DNA of 64,000 nucleotides. It comes from Octopus bimaculoides (taxonomy: Eukaryota). Location: assembly GCF_001194135.2 (NCBI RefSeq), contig NC_068987.1, positions 11,515,438-11,579,437 on the forward strand. Direction: 5' to 3'. The position numbers and the translations under genes are program-made. Shown here in pieces: positions 39,696 to 62,809 of the stretch. Position 1 is the stretch's first letter; each line of letters opens with the position of its first letter. A model generated the notes under the pieces. That model searched no databases. It was given only the letters and a program-made list of their open reading frames with translations, and had not been told where the DNA came from.

Positions 39696-39788
39696 ATCAC
39701 GTGACTTTATCCCTAGGCCATGCTTGGACGTAATGCCCCCTTAGCAAGCAGAACATGGGGACAATTGCCGCGCAAAATAAAAACCAAT
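39696..39788 (-). promoter_or_regulatory. Promoter-like motif cluster (E-box/CLEAR-like and CCAAT)
   Basis: GTCACGTGAT on the minus strand at 39696-39705; AACCAATCAG at 39782-39791; adjacent GC-richer unique segment ends in a strong minus-strand donor CAG|GTAACA at 39428/39427. Confidence 0.4.
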
Positions 39789-40077
39789 CAGGATGATGGA
39801 CAGAAGGGTCCAAGGCAACCGAAGCTAGATGTTAGCAGCTTCGTTATAATTTATGATTGAATGCTCGAGAGAAGGTTCAGAAAAAATTTTCTGAGATCTC
39901 AAAAGGATTATAGTACATGTGTATATAAAAGAGACCACTAAGTGGACTGCTAATGTGCTAGAAGATCACCGAAAAGTTCTCGAAGAAAAAATTTAGCGAA
40001 GCAAAAGCATACGGGCGAGACTAGTGAAAATTATAATTTCTAGCACATTAGCAGTCCACTTAGTGGTCTCTTTCTTT

Positions 40078-40108
<31 letters not shown>

Positions 40109-40970
40109 AAGCAAGAAATCAAGGGTATGAACGGTATTGATGTCAGGAAAACCCCAAAGGTATCGGGTAAACGCTAAGGAAGTGCTATGTATAGACCATG
40201 GTTTTAAGCTCCAAGTTCGATAATGATACGAGTCAGAGGTCCAACGTATTATTTAATAGGCAACCCTGATGGCAGTTTGTTTTATTGTGAGAACTCGACT
40301 TGCTTCGTCAATGTTGGTTTACTGGAGCAAAATTCTAAACGGAAAGAAACAATATCGAAAACAATTTTTTGTTTCGTATTCTTATGAGACATTCAGCAAA
40401 TAGCTTACGTGACTTCAGACAAGGGGGAATTACTCTTGAACGACTCAAGGGAAATAACTTGCATACAAAGGCTGACGAGTTTGACACAAGCTTCGACTTT
40501 TCTTTCAGAAAATAGATTACGGTCATGCTGGAGCAACACTTTATAGATTTAGTCGAGCAAATCACCCGCCTTTCTTTTGCCGAACTGTTAAGTAACAGGC
40601 TGTCAGGAAACCATCACCAATTGTCAAGCGGTAGCAGGACAAACACAAAGTCACATACCAATACATACATACATGCATACACAGAAACATGCATGCATAC
40701 ATCCATACACACAAATACATTCACACATACATCCATACAAAAATACATACATATGCACATGCATACATACATACATGTTTTAAACAAAATGCATTAAATC
40801 AATAATGTTTACGTCATTAGAGCTGATTCTACCCCAAAATTTGAAGATATATATAGGTGTGTGTATACACACACACACATACACACGCAATTTCCATCAA
40901 CCAAATTCATCCAAAAGATATTGGTCGGCTCGGTGCTAAAGGATATTTGTCCAAAATGCCGCAAAGTCAG

Positions 40971-41001
<31 letters not shown>

Positions 41002-42262
41002 CGACAGGCTTCCATATGACTTTGGTAGTGAACGGGAATAGATCGATTTGTTGTACAAGCATGTAGTAGATCGAGATAAAAAAATATCTAGATGGTACAC
41101 TTACTCCATCAGGATAACCTACATACAATCGGAGTGACCTTTACACAGTCCGAATCCGACTGGATCAGGGATAGAGAAGAGAAGCGAGGAGAAAAGGGGG
41201 GATGGAAGGAGAGGAAGAATAGAAAGAGAAGAAACGAAAGCACAACAGACCTATGATGATTTGGGATAGNNNNNNNNNNNNNNNNNNNNNNNNNNNNNNN
41301 NNNNNNNNNNNNNNNNNNNNNNNNNNNNNNNNNNNNNNNNNNNNNNNNNNNNNNNNNNNNNNNNNNNNNNNNNNNNNNNNNNNNNNNNNNNNNNNNNNNN
41401 NNNNNNNNNNNNNNNNNNNNNNNNNNNNNNNNNNNNNNNNNNNNNNNNNNNNNNNNNNNNNNNNNNNNNNNNNNNNNNNNNNNNNNNNNNNNNNNNNNNN
41501 NNNNNNNNNNNNNNNNNNNNNNNNNNNNNNNNNNNNNNNNNNNNNNNNNNNNNNNNNNNNNNNNNNNNNNNNNNNNNNNNNNNNNNNNNNNNNNNNNNNN
41601 NNNNNNNNNNNNNNNNNNNNNNNNNNNNNNNNNNNNNNNNNNNNNNNNNNNNNNNNNNNNNNNNNNNNNNNNNNNNNNNNNNNNNNNNNNNNNNNNNNNN
41701 NNNNNNNNNNNNNNNNNNNNNNNNNNNNNNNNNNNNNNNNNNNNNNNNNNNNNNNNNNNNNNNNNNNNNNNNNNNNNNNNNNNNNNNNNNNNNNNNNNNN
41801 NNNNNNNNNNNNNNNNNNNNNNNNNNNNNNNNNNNNNNNNNNNNNNNNNNNNNNNNNNNNNNNNNNNNNNNNNNNNNNNNNNNNNNNNNNNNNNNNNNNN
41901 NNNNNNNNNNNNNNNNNNNNNNNNNNNNNNNNNNNNNNNNNNNNNNNNNNNNNNNNNNNNNNNNNNNNNNNNNNNNNNNNNNNNNNNNNNNNNNNNNNNN
42001 NNNNNNNNNNNNNNNNNNNNNNNNNNNNNNNNNNNNNNNNNNNNNNNNNNNNNNNNNNNNNNNNNNNNNNNNNNNNNNNNNNNNNNNNNNNNNNCTGACT
42101 AAACAGGCATAAAAGAAATTTTTTGCCCTATCAAAAAAATGATCGACGATTTCCCTTCGAACTCAGCCATGTCATTTAAGGTTCAAGCGAGAATTCTTAG
42201 AACATAGAACGTAAAGACAGACGAAATACCGCTATGCATTTCGCCCGTGTGTTAACGTTTCT

Positions 42263-42490
42263 TATTTCTTTATTGCCCACAAGGGGCTAAACATAGAGGG
42301 GGCAAACAAGGACAGACAAAGGGATTAAGTCGATTACATCGACCCCAGTGCGTAACTGGTGCTTAATTTATCGACCCCGAAAGGATGAAAGGCAAAGTCG
42401 ACCTCGGTGGAATTTGAACCCAGAACGTAGCGGCAGACGACATACCGCTAAGCATTTCGCCTAGCGTGCTAACATTTCTGCCAGCTCGCC
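42263..42490 (-). mobile_element. tRNA-derived SINE family B (Meta-domain-like), representative full copy
   Basis: GGCGAGCTGGCAGAA head, GGGTTCAAATTCC B box, core GCCTTTCATCCTTTCGGGGTCGATAAA..AAG.ACC, tail GGGCAATAAAGAAATA. Other copies near 2395, 7970, 8800, 29700, 35643, 38160, 42625, 42850, 56870. Confidence 0.85.
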
Positions 42491-43352
42491 GCCTTAAATA
42501 GCATCAAATATTGCAGAACAAAAAATGAAAGATTAATTCTATTCTGTTATATTCAATTGCTTGTGATGAACCATGCGATTTAAATAATACTGAATTGGTC
42601 ACTTTATTATGTACATATATCACAGCAGTGAGCTGTTAGAATCATTAGCACGCTGGACAAAATGCTTTGACATGTCGTCAAATCTTTACATTCTGAGTTC
42701 AAATTCCACCAAGGTCAAATTTGTCTTTCATCCTTTCGGGGTCGATAAAATAAGCACCAGTTGAACACAGGTTCGATGTGATCTATAATCCCCCTTTCCC
42801 CAAATTGCAAGCCTCGTGATAACAGCAGGAAGGATTATGTAAATATAGCACGTCGGACAAAATGCTTAGCGGCACTTCGTCGACCTTTACGATTTGAGTT
42901 CAAATTCCACTGAGGTCAACTTTGCTATTCATCCATTTCGTGGTTGATAAAATAAGTATTAGGCTTTGAGCGTATAGTTGAAACAACTATTATGTAGATG
43001 TGTTACCATGTCGAAGGCAGCGAGCTCGCAGAAATGTTATCGTGTCATAACTGATCAGTCACAGATAACCTTTATCGTGAAGTGGATCACATGAGACATG
43101 ATTTATTGTCAGGCGAGTTGCACTACTGCAAAAATTAAAAAAAAAAAAAAATTCAAGGTAAATTTTCCACTGGCATGTCATTCAAAAGGTCTCGCTACCA
43201 ATAGTTCGCCCATGAATACAGAATCCCCCACCCAATGTATACACACTTGAGGAAAGAAAAAAATTGTATAAATATTTTTATTTAGTATTTGTACAGATTT
43301 TTCCTTTCCTAAAGTGTGTATACATTTTTGGCGGACTGTGTATTCTCTACAG

Positions 43353-43652
43353 CAGTAGTTCTCAACCGGGGTCCATATAAGATTTTTTTGGGGCCCATGT
43401 AACAAAATTAAAAAGTTAGGGATTCATAATAGTATTTTAAGGGCCCATGAAAAAAATTTGCTTTAGATGTGTTTCGTTCCCTAACATTTTACGTAATTCA
43501 GCCTACACAACTTAATGCGTGAAAAACAAAATACGAATTTGGAAAGAAGTTCCCATTAAACTAGTTTTTAAACATCGAATAGCTATAGGGGTCCACCAGA
43601 ATAAAATAATAATCAAAGGGGTATATAGTTAAAAAATGGTCGAGAAACTCTG
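43353..43652. mobile_element. hAT-type MITE (intact copy)
   Basis: CAGTAGTTCTCAACC...GGTCGAGAAACTCTG; flanks CTCTACAG/CACTACAA (6/8, decayed TSD). Confidence 0.7.
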
Positions 43653-44222
43653 CACTACAAGAAAAGGCGGAGATGATCAAGAAAATATACGACAGAGGAA
43701 GCTTCATTGCTGAGGGTCACGACTCGGTGTCGATGAATCTAACATTTTCTCCATTTATAAAGTACGTGGAGATGAATTATTTATTAACGATTCATGTATC
43801 TCTGTTTTGTTTTTGGAACCACATCCCCGTGGTTAACGAAGATAGGTGTAATAAATAAAACAATTGTTAAAAACTATTAGTAGTAATGATAATAGCTATC
43901 GTGAACAAGATGATTCTCATTTGTTGTAAAAGTTGTAATTGATTGTGAACGTGCTTATGCAAAAATCTTCAAAGAAAAGGAAATATATCCGTTCAGTTAA
44001 GAGTTTTAACATCTACAAGTAATTTAACAGCATTTGAAAATAAGACATTGAAAACGATCAGCTGAATAATTTTTACTCATATCAGAAATGTACAGGGAAG
44101 CAGAAATTACGAATTTAGTAGAAAGATTTTGGGACTTTTTGAAAAAGCTACAAGATCAATAGTTCTCAACCGGCATCAATATGGCCACTGAGGAAGAAAA
44201 GAAAATTTGGGGGGATCCACAT

Positions 44223-44333
44223 AACGAAATAGTAAATTGGGGATTCACACAACGAAATAGTAAATTGGGATTCGCACAACGAAATAGTAAATTGGGGGTT
44301 CGCACAACGAAATAGTAAATTGGGGATTCGCAA
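44223..44333. repeat. Minisatellite, 4 x ~28 bp
   Basis: AACGAAATAGTAAATTGGGG(A/G)TTC(A/G)CAC repeated head to tail with no spacers. Confidence 0.9.
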
Positions 44334-44412
44334 TGTTTTAAGGGCCCCTGAAAAAACCTGTTACTTTAGATGTATTGCAAGAAACAGCCAGGTTTCTTTC
44401 TCTAACATTTTA

Positions 44413-46913
44413 CACAAACTGGTGAAAACAATTTAAAGACCAACAATGACAGTTCTATTCCTTCAGTAATATATTTCTAACAAAACTGTACAAAATCATT
44501 TTACTTTTACAGTAAGAATTGTTTTCTCTTTCGAATGATATAAGCGATATATATATTTTCTACAATTTGAATAATTTTAATGCGCAATTAATTCAAATGA
44601 TTAAAAATTGTCAGCAAAATAAGTTTAAGACCGTACCAACATTATTTTGTTTAATTTGGAAATTTACGACACAAATGATCAACGAACAAAAATTTATTAT
44701 TAGTATCTAGTTCCATAGCCATTATTTTAAATTACTGCCTTATAACGCGGGACATGGAGTTCGACAAATGAGCACAAAAATCACTTGGAATGTTCTGTTA
44801 TATTTTCTTCAATAGTTCGCTATCTGTGACATATACACACACGTTGTCTTCGCGTTCTCAGTGTGTATGTATGTGAGTGAACGTGTGTTCTCATGTGTAA
44901 GTGGCACTCACACACGTTCATACACCTTTCACTTTGTCCTCTCTTTCACGTTAAAACGAAAGTTACAGGTTATTTTCAGGATAAAAACTGTTTAAAAAAA
45001 GGCTTCTACTCACGTAAATTGATTACTATTGTTTGGATAGTTTCAATTAAATAAGTCCAGAAGTTAGTTTAAATATATATACATGCGTAAGTACCGTGAA
45101 TTCCCATTCTACAAATTGGCAAACAATTCCGCGAATACTTTACGGAGGCTGAGTAGTAAGTCTAATAAAATTATATAATTGTGACAATTTTTTTTTCAGC
45201 ATGAACTATTTTAGAAACATAATTCCATCAATTTTCTATCGGATTTGAATCCGATAGAAAATTGATGGAATTTGATAGAAAATTGATCCGGGCTCTGCGG
45301 AGGTCACTCAATAACCGTCATATTATTGCACTCAAAAAAATATTGCAAAACTTACCTAGCCTTGTGAACGGGGTAATTGTCCTGCTGGAAAATAGATCCC
45401 GGTGGATCTGATTATTTAAATATGGCAGCACATAACAAGACTTCCGCCTGTCCCGGAACCCCCAAAACCACCTGTTAAAATTTTTTTTTTCTTTTTTCGG
45501 CTACGGGGATTACGAATCTGCAAAAAAATTGGCAAAAATCGGCATTTTTTATCACCACCCCAACACCCATTTCCTTCATTTTTTTTTACTTTTTTCATCA
45601 TTTTTTTTTTCAAAACATACGGAAAAATACGGAGATTATGATTCNNNNNNNNNNNNNNNNNNNNNNNNNNNNNNNNNNNNNNNNNNNNNNNNNNNNNNNN
45701 NNNNNNNNNNNNNNNNNNNNNNNNNNNNNNNNNNNNNNNNNNNNNNNNNNNNNNNNNNNNNNNNNNNNNNNNNNNNNNNNNNNNNNNNNNNNNNNNNNNN
45801 NNNNNNNNNNNNNNNNNNNNNNNNNNNNNNNNNNNNNNNNNNNNNNNNNNNNNNNNNNNNNNNNNNNNNNNNNNNNNNNNNNNNNNNNNNNNNNNNNNNN
45901 NNNNNNNNNNNNNNNNNNNNNNNNNNNNNNNNNNNNNNNNNNNNNNNNNNNNNNNNNNNNNNNNNNNNNNNNNNNNNNNNNNNNNNNNNNNNNNNNNNNN
46001 NNNNNNNNNNNNNNNNNNNNNNNNNNNNNNNNNNNNNNNNNNNNNNNNNNNNNNNNNNNNNNNNNNNNNNNNNNNNNNNNNNNNNNNNNNNNNNNNNNNN
46101 NNNNNNNNNNNNNNNNNNNNNNNNNNNNNNNNNNNNNNNNNNNNNGATCAGTCTTCGGCCGTCCATTCAACATGGCTTTTAGCAATCTTGATCCGCTTCT
46201 GCAGGTTCGTCTCAGAAATTATCGACTTCTTTCGAGCGATCTGGTCGAACAGTCCAACTTCTTTTAGGCGGTTCCTGACAGTTTGTGGTGTAAAACTGAT
46301 GTCAGTTTCATCAGATAATTACTTGCAAATATCCACTGTTGTTAGCATTTGGTTACCTTCAGAGAGCCTATGAATTCGCCGATCCATCTGTACTGTTGTT
46401 TTTCTCGAAGCGCCCGTTCTTCGCCGATCTTTGTATTGGCCATTGTTTGGTAAAACTTCCATGCTTGAACACAAGCCATTTTGCTGCATCCTAATTGCTT
46501 GCTAATATTCAAGAAGGACACATTTTGCTGATCAAGCAACACTACCTTTGATCTAGTAACTGGGCTGATACTACTACAACGCTTTCCTATTGCGAAATAA
46601 TGTGTAACAATGCTCGATTATTAAACAAAACAGTGCAGTACAACCAGCTATATGACCACACATTTGGTTTGTTAATTTGTATAATCTTGGTACGGTCTTA
46701 AACATATTTTGCCGACAATTTTTAGTCATTTGAATTAATTGCGCATTAAAATTATTCGATTTGTAGAAAGATATATAACGCCTATATCATTAGAAAGAGG
46801 AAAAAATCTACATAGACTGTTAAAAGAAAAATAATTTTATACAGTTTTGTTAAAAATATATTAATGAAGGAATAGAACAGTCATCATCGGTCTTAAACTT
46901 ATTTTGGCCTGTG
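44413..46913 (-). mobile_element. Decayed Tc1-family transposon with long IR/DR-type TIRs
   Basis: TA at 44411-12 and 46914-15; inverted arms of about 230 bp; minus-strand TTVQMDRRIHRL...VRNRLKEVGL...ARKKSIISETNLQKRIKIAKSHVEWTAED and IFQQDN.PVH...PPQSPD.NPIEN; several stops. Confidence 0.88.
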
Positions 46914-47728
46914 TAGTTCAACCTACACTAGTTAACATGTGGAAAACAAAATTGGAATTTTTAAAGAAGTTTTTATAAAACTATTTTGACACCCATAGCC
47001 GTTCGATGGCTATGGGAGTCAAACAAATAAATAGTAATCAAAGAGGACCACAGATAAAACTGTTGAGACCGCCTGTACTAGAGTGTTCTATGTAGTTAGT
47101 GGCATAGCTAGAGAGTGTGCTGTCCGGGGCAGCCCCTCAGTCTGCCGACGCTTCTCGTCAATATGCAGGCTTATAAAATTCACCCAAGAATGCCATCCTC
47201 GTAAAGGCCTCGCCTGGAGAAGACTTTTCCCCCACCACCCCAGTTACGCTTTTGCACATAGCAACATTTGACACTAAAATATCAGAAATATATGTTTGTT
47301 TTGCCAGAGATTAGTCTGTCTGACCTTGAGATGGAAATAGTACGTGTAACTGATAAGCAGCGAAAAATAACTAGAAAATATCGACCGTCAGAGTGCCAAA
47401 CTCGCAGAAAACCATAAGTAGACCGAAATTCAAGCAATTTCAATGCCAGACAAAGAACTGATATTTAATAATTTGGAATTCAATCATTTAGTAGATAATT
47501 TACAGTATTATATCGAACATCTTCTTTCCAGTTTTGTTGTCTGCCGTTTTGTGATCATAAAACGAAAGATCGACTCCCAACTGAGATTTTCTATTATTTT
47601 GTTTAAATGCATGTATGTATGTATGTATGTATGTATGTGTCTATCTGTCTGTCTGTCTATCTATCTATCTATTTTCCCATCCATCCATCCATCTTTCTAG
47701 GTACGTGATATCAATAATGTTTACATAT

Positions 47729-48200
47729 GCGTAGGAGTGGCTGTGTGGTAAGTAGCTTACATGGTCCCGGGTTCAGTCCCACTGCGTGGCATCTTGGGCA
47801 AGTGTCTACTATAGCCTCGGGCCGACCAAAGCCTTGTGAGTGGATTTGGTAGACGGAAACTGAAAGAAGCCCGTCGTACGTATATATATATATGTATGTG
47901 TGTATGTGTTTGTGTGTCTGTCTTTGTCCCCCCAACATCGCTTGACAACCTATGCTGATGTGTTTATGTCCCCGTAACTTAGCGGTTCGGCAAAAGAGAC
48001 CGATAGAATAAGTACTAGGCTTACNNNNNNNNNNNNNNNNNNNNNNNNNNNNNNNNNNNNNNNNNNNNNNNNNNNNNNNNNNNNNNNNNNNNNNNNNNNN
48101 NNNNNNNNNNNNNNNNNAAAGAATAAGTCCTGGGGTCGATTTGCTCGACTAAAGGTGGTGCTCCAGCATGGCCACAGTCAAAAGACTGAAACAAGTAAAA
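47729..48200 (+). mobile_element. SINE family A copy spanning an N gap
   Basis: Head and core before the gap, tail after it. Confidence 0.85.
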
Positions 48201-48653
48201 TAGTAAATAGTATATATAAACGTTGTTGTCATATACTTAATGTTTTGTTTAAATATTTTTCAGCTGCGGTATTTTCTCCAAGGAAATGTATGTATGTATG
48301 TATGTATGTATACACACACAAGCACATACATACAGTATATTGATTAGTGTGTTGTACGAATATCAAGGTCTACGTCAGTTATGAAACTTTACAACTACGT
48401 GTGTGCGCGCGCACGCAAGTGAAAACATTTATATACATTATTAAGCTTCCTCATTTTGGACGTATACACAAACAGACGCGCACGCTCTCTCTCTCTCTCT
48501 CACACGCACACACAGTACCTGTGGACTCATCGGCAACGTAAGAACCATTTAACAATGTTGAGCTTACGTAACTCTTCGCAACATTTCGTGTTTTGATTCG
48601 TTCGGACCGATATGTTATGTGCTAAAATTAATTTACTTTGGATTTTTTAGTAG

Positions 48654-49143
48654 AAATTTTGGTACTGTCATGGTATTAGCTGTCAGAATTGAAAGTAGAA
48701 CTGACAAGGAACGTTACTGCTGGTTTGAGTTGATTCTTTGGCTACTGACTAGCCGGAGCTATCTATCTGTCTGTCTATCTCACTATCTCTCTCTATATAT
48801 ATATCTATTTATCTATCTATCTATCACTCGTTCACCTGTTTGTGTCCGTAGAATTTATCAAATTAGAAAACGCAAATTTAATATAAAAATATATTTTCTG
48901 AAATTGCAAATTATTTAAAATATAAAAATATAATTTTCAACAGAGAGAATTTATCAAAATAGAAAACAAATGAAGTTTGAAGTTTAAAAATAATAGGATC
49001 GACCACTCACGACTAGCTAGCGCGACTGCGCGTTCGGGTCCACTCTGCTTTAGTAGTACCCTTATACTCTGTGTGTTTTCAAACGCATGGATATAGGTGT
49101 CAAATTTGTTCCAATAACTTTCGAGTGATAGATAGATAGATAG

Positions 49144-49180
<37 letters not shown>

Positions 49181-49315
49181 GACAGATAGCTCGCTCCGGC
49201 CAGTCATGGTATTAGCTGTCAGTAGCCAAAGAATCAACTCAAACCAGCAGTAACGTTCCTTGTCAGATTTTTCTACTTTCACTTCTAACAGCTACCATGA
49301 CAGTGCCGAAATTTT
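48654..49315. mobile_element. Long-inverted-repeat non-autonomous element upstream of LC3
   Basis: Arms 48654-48830 and 49122-49315 are reverse complements, including GATA/GA microsatellites; spacer of about 290 bp. Confidence 0.65.
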
Positions 49316-49959
49316 ATAAAGAAGTTTAAAACAAATACCTGATAAATTATTTTTTTGATAAAAGTGAATTAAAAATATATTGCATTCTTGTGCGAGTTTT
49401 TACTTTTTAATATGAATCATCCATTTCTTTAATAACAGCTATTTCATTAAAGTTGTTATATCTATAATTACTTTAAAACTGGCTTTGTTTTCGATGCGAA
49501 TTTTGTTGTTCAGACCCAAAATAAAGCTTGATAAAGCATATCAAAAGATGATCCAGCTATAGGGTATTCTAGACCACATAATACAATGTGGGTCCCCCAT
49601 TTTTAAGAAACCAGGGTAGGATATTGAACTTTCGTTGGTTCTGTCTGTCCATTGCTGTTTAGCCAAAGTCTGTCCCCAACAACAAGACCTATAAGCAAAG
49701 GTGAGCCAAATATGACCTCTTCTACCTCATTATAAGGCCTAATGTATTTAGTACTATATTATTCAATGTGTCCTTTCTTTTGTTTTTGCTAATACAACGG
49801 AGGTGAAATTCGGAGAGATTCAGCTTTTGTTTTTAGCAGGTCAAGCGCCTTCGTCGATGTGAACGTTATATCGTTGCTGATGATAGCATTAATTTCATCA
49901 AGTATATATTAAGACACTCCAAAGTCAGGACTAATTACAATTATTTATTTATCTGGCAA

Positions 49960-50117
49960 ATAAACAACTTCGCGAAATTGTTTGTTTTGATAAACAATGT
50001 TGCTACAAATTCAACATGTGCGTGTCTTCTCATTCTTGTCGATTACGTCACAAACTTTGCGCAGTTCACATGTTTTACGCATTCTGATTGGTTAACGAAA
50101 TATCAATTTTTACCAAT
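49960..50117 (+). promoter_or_regulatory. Putative LC3 proximal promoter motifs
   Basis: ATAAACAA (FOXO-type) at 49960-49967 and 49990-49997; TTACGTCA (CRE/ATF-like) 50043-50050; ATTGG 50087-50091 and CCAAT 50113-50117; CpG-retaining context about 350-500 nt upstream of the ATG. Motif matches only. Confidence 0.4.
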
Positions 50118-50463
50118 CGCTGCTATCTGTTTATTTATTATTATTAACCTCGCACATGTACATCGTATTTTGGCTGTTCTAGTAATTTTGCTTACCCCCA
50201 CACAAATAGATGGAATTGTTTTGGTTTTCTCCATTAACATCACGCTAAAAAAGCGATAAATTGTTTTGAATAATTTCGAAAAAACATTAAAGAATCACAT
50301 ATAAGTTAAATTATCTGTATTATGGAATCTGTGTATAATTATGCAGCTTTTCCCTGAGAGTTCTGTTGAGGTGTACTGTTAATTCGGGTCAGTACCTAAT
50401 AAACCTGACAGACACAACAGCTTGTTTCTACGCATATGAACACCTTTATACACTGGAATCGAA

Positions 50464-62155
<11,692 letters not shown>

Positions 62156-62297
62156 AACACCCCCCAAACACCCACCAAAAAACAAAAAAACCTAAATGTT
62201 TTCTTCAAGAGATTTGTCCCTGTCCCATATACTTTCCAGTATATGTTATTATCCGGTCATCAGCAATTCTTTCATTGCTTTAATCAAAAACTCTTTA

Positions 62298-62809
62298 ATT
62301 AAAGGTTTAAAAACATTAGGGTTTTCTCCTCATAGCATTTTCCCATTATGTCTGTCTTTCAAGATCTCTCTCATTTGATGTTTAAGATATTCATGTTTGG
62401 TGTTCATGTAAAAATGTTCAAAGCATTTAAACTATTTAGTTAAACAATTTGACTATTTGTTAACATTGGAAATCTCAAAGCACAGCTTTAGTTTATTTGT
62501 TTTCATGTTTGTTTTCTATTGAAGTTCAAGGCAGTAATTTTTTTTTTTTTTATTTATGTTCGGAATGTAGTCCTAAGGGATTGTCTTAGAACCATAATGA
62601 TAGTCTTAGATACACCAGTAAGCTTAAACCTTTAGCATTTAAAACCAGCCATATCCAGACCCAAATATTCTACCTATTTTGTGTTCAACCTGGCCATATC
62701 TGGCCTCTCACATCTAACCTACAAGGTCATTCTAAAAATAAACAATCACATTACTGAAATCTCAAAGTTATGTGACAATGCATGATTAATTCAAAGCAAT
62801 GTGAATAAA
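62298..62809 (+). terminator. Candidate LC3 polyadenylation signals
   Basis: ATTAAA 62298-62303; AATAAA 62737-62742 and 62804-62809 (both inside a MITE); more distal AATAAA at 63456 and 63889. Which is used is unknown. Confidence 0.35.

Larger units (their letters stand above)
44157..47075. mobile_element. Same hAT-type MITE split by a Tc1 insertion (halves 44157-44412 and 46914-47075)
   Basis: The two halves rejoin to match the 43353 copy (CTAACATTTTAC|TA.TTCA.CCTACAC); flanks TACAAGAT/TACTAGAG (6/8). Confidence 0.7.

Noticed and set aside
39866-39990. Heat-shock elements (GAAggTTC, TTCtcGAA)
   Set aside because: Only two perfect nGAAn units each; weak in this base composition.
44223-44333. 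CRISPR-like array
   Set aside because: Units are contiguous with no unique spacers; eukaryotic context and no cas genes.
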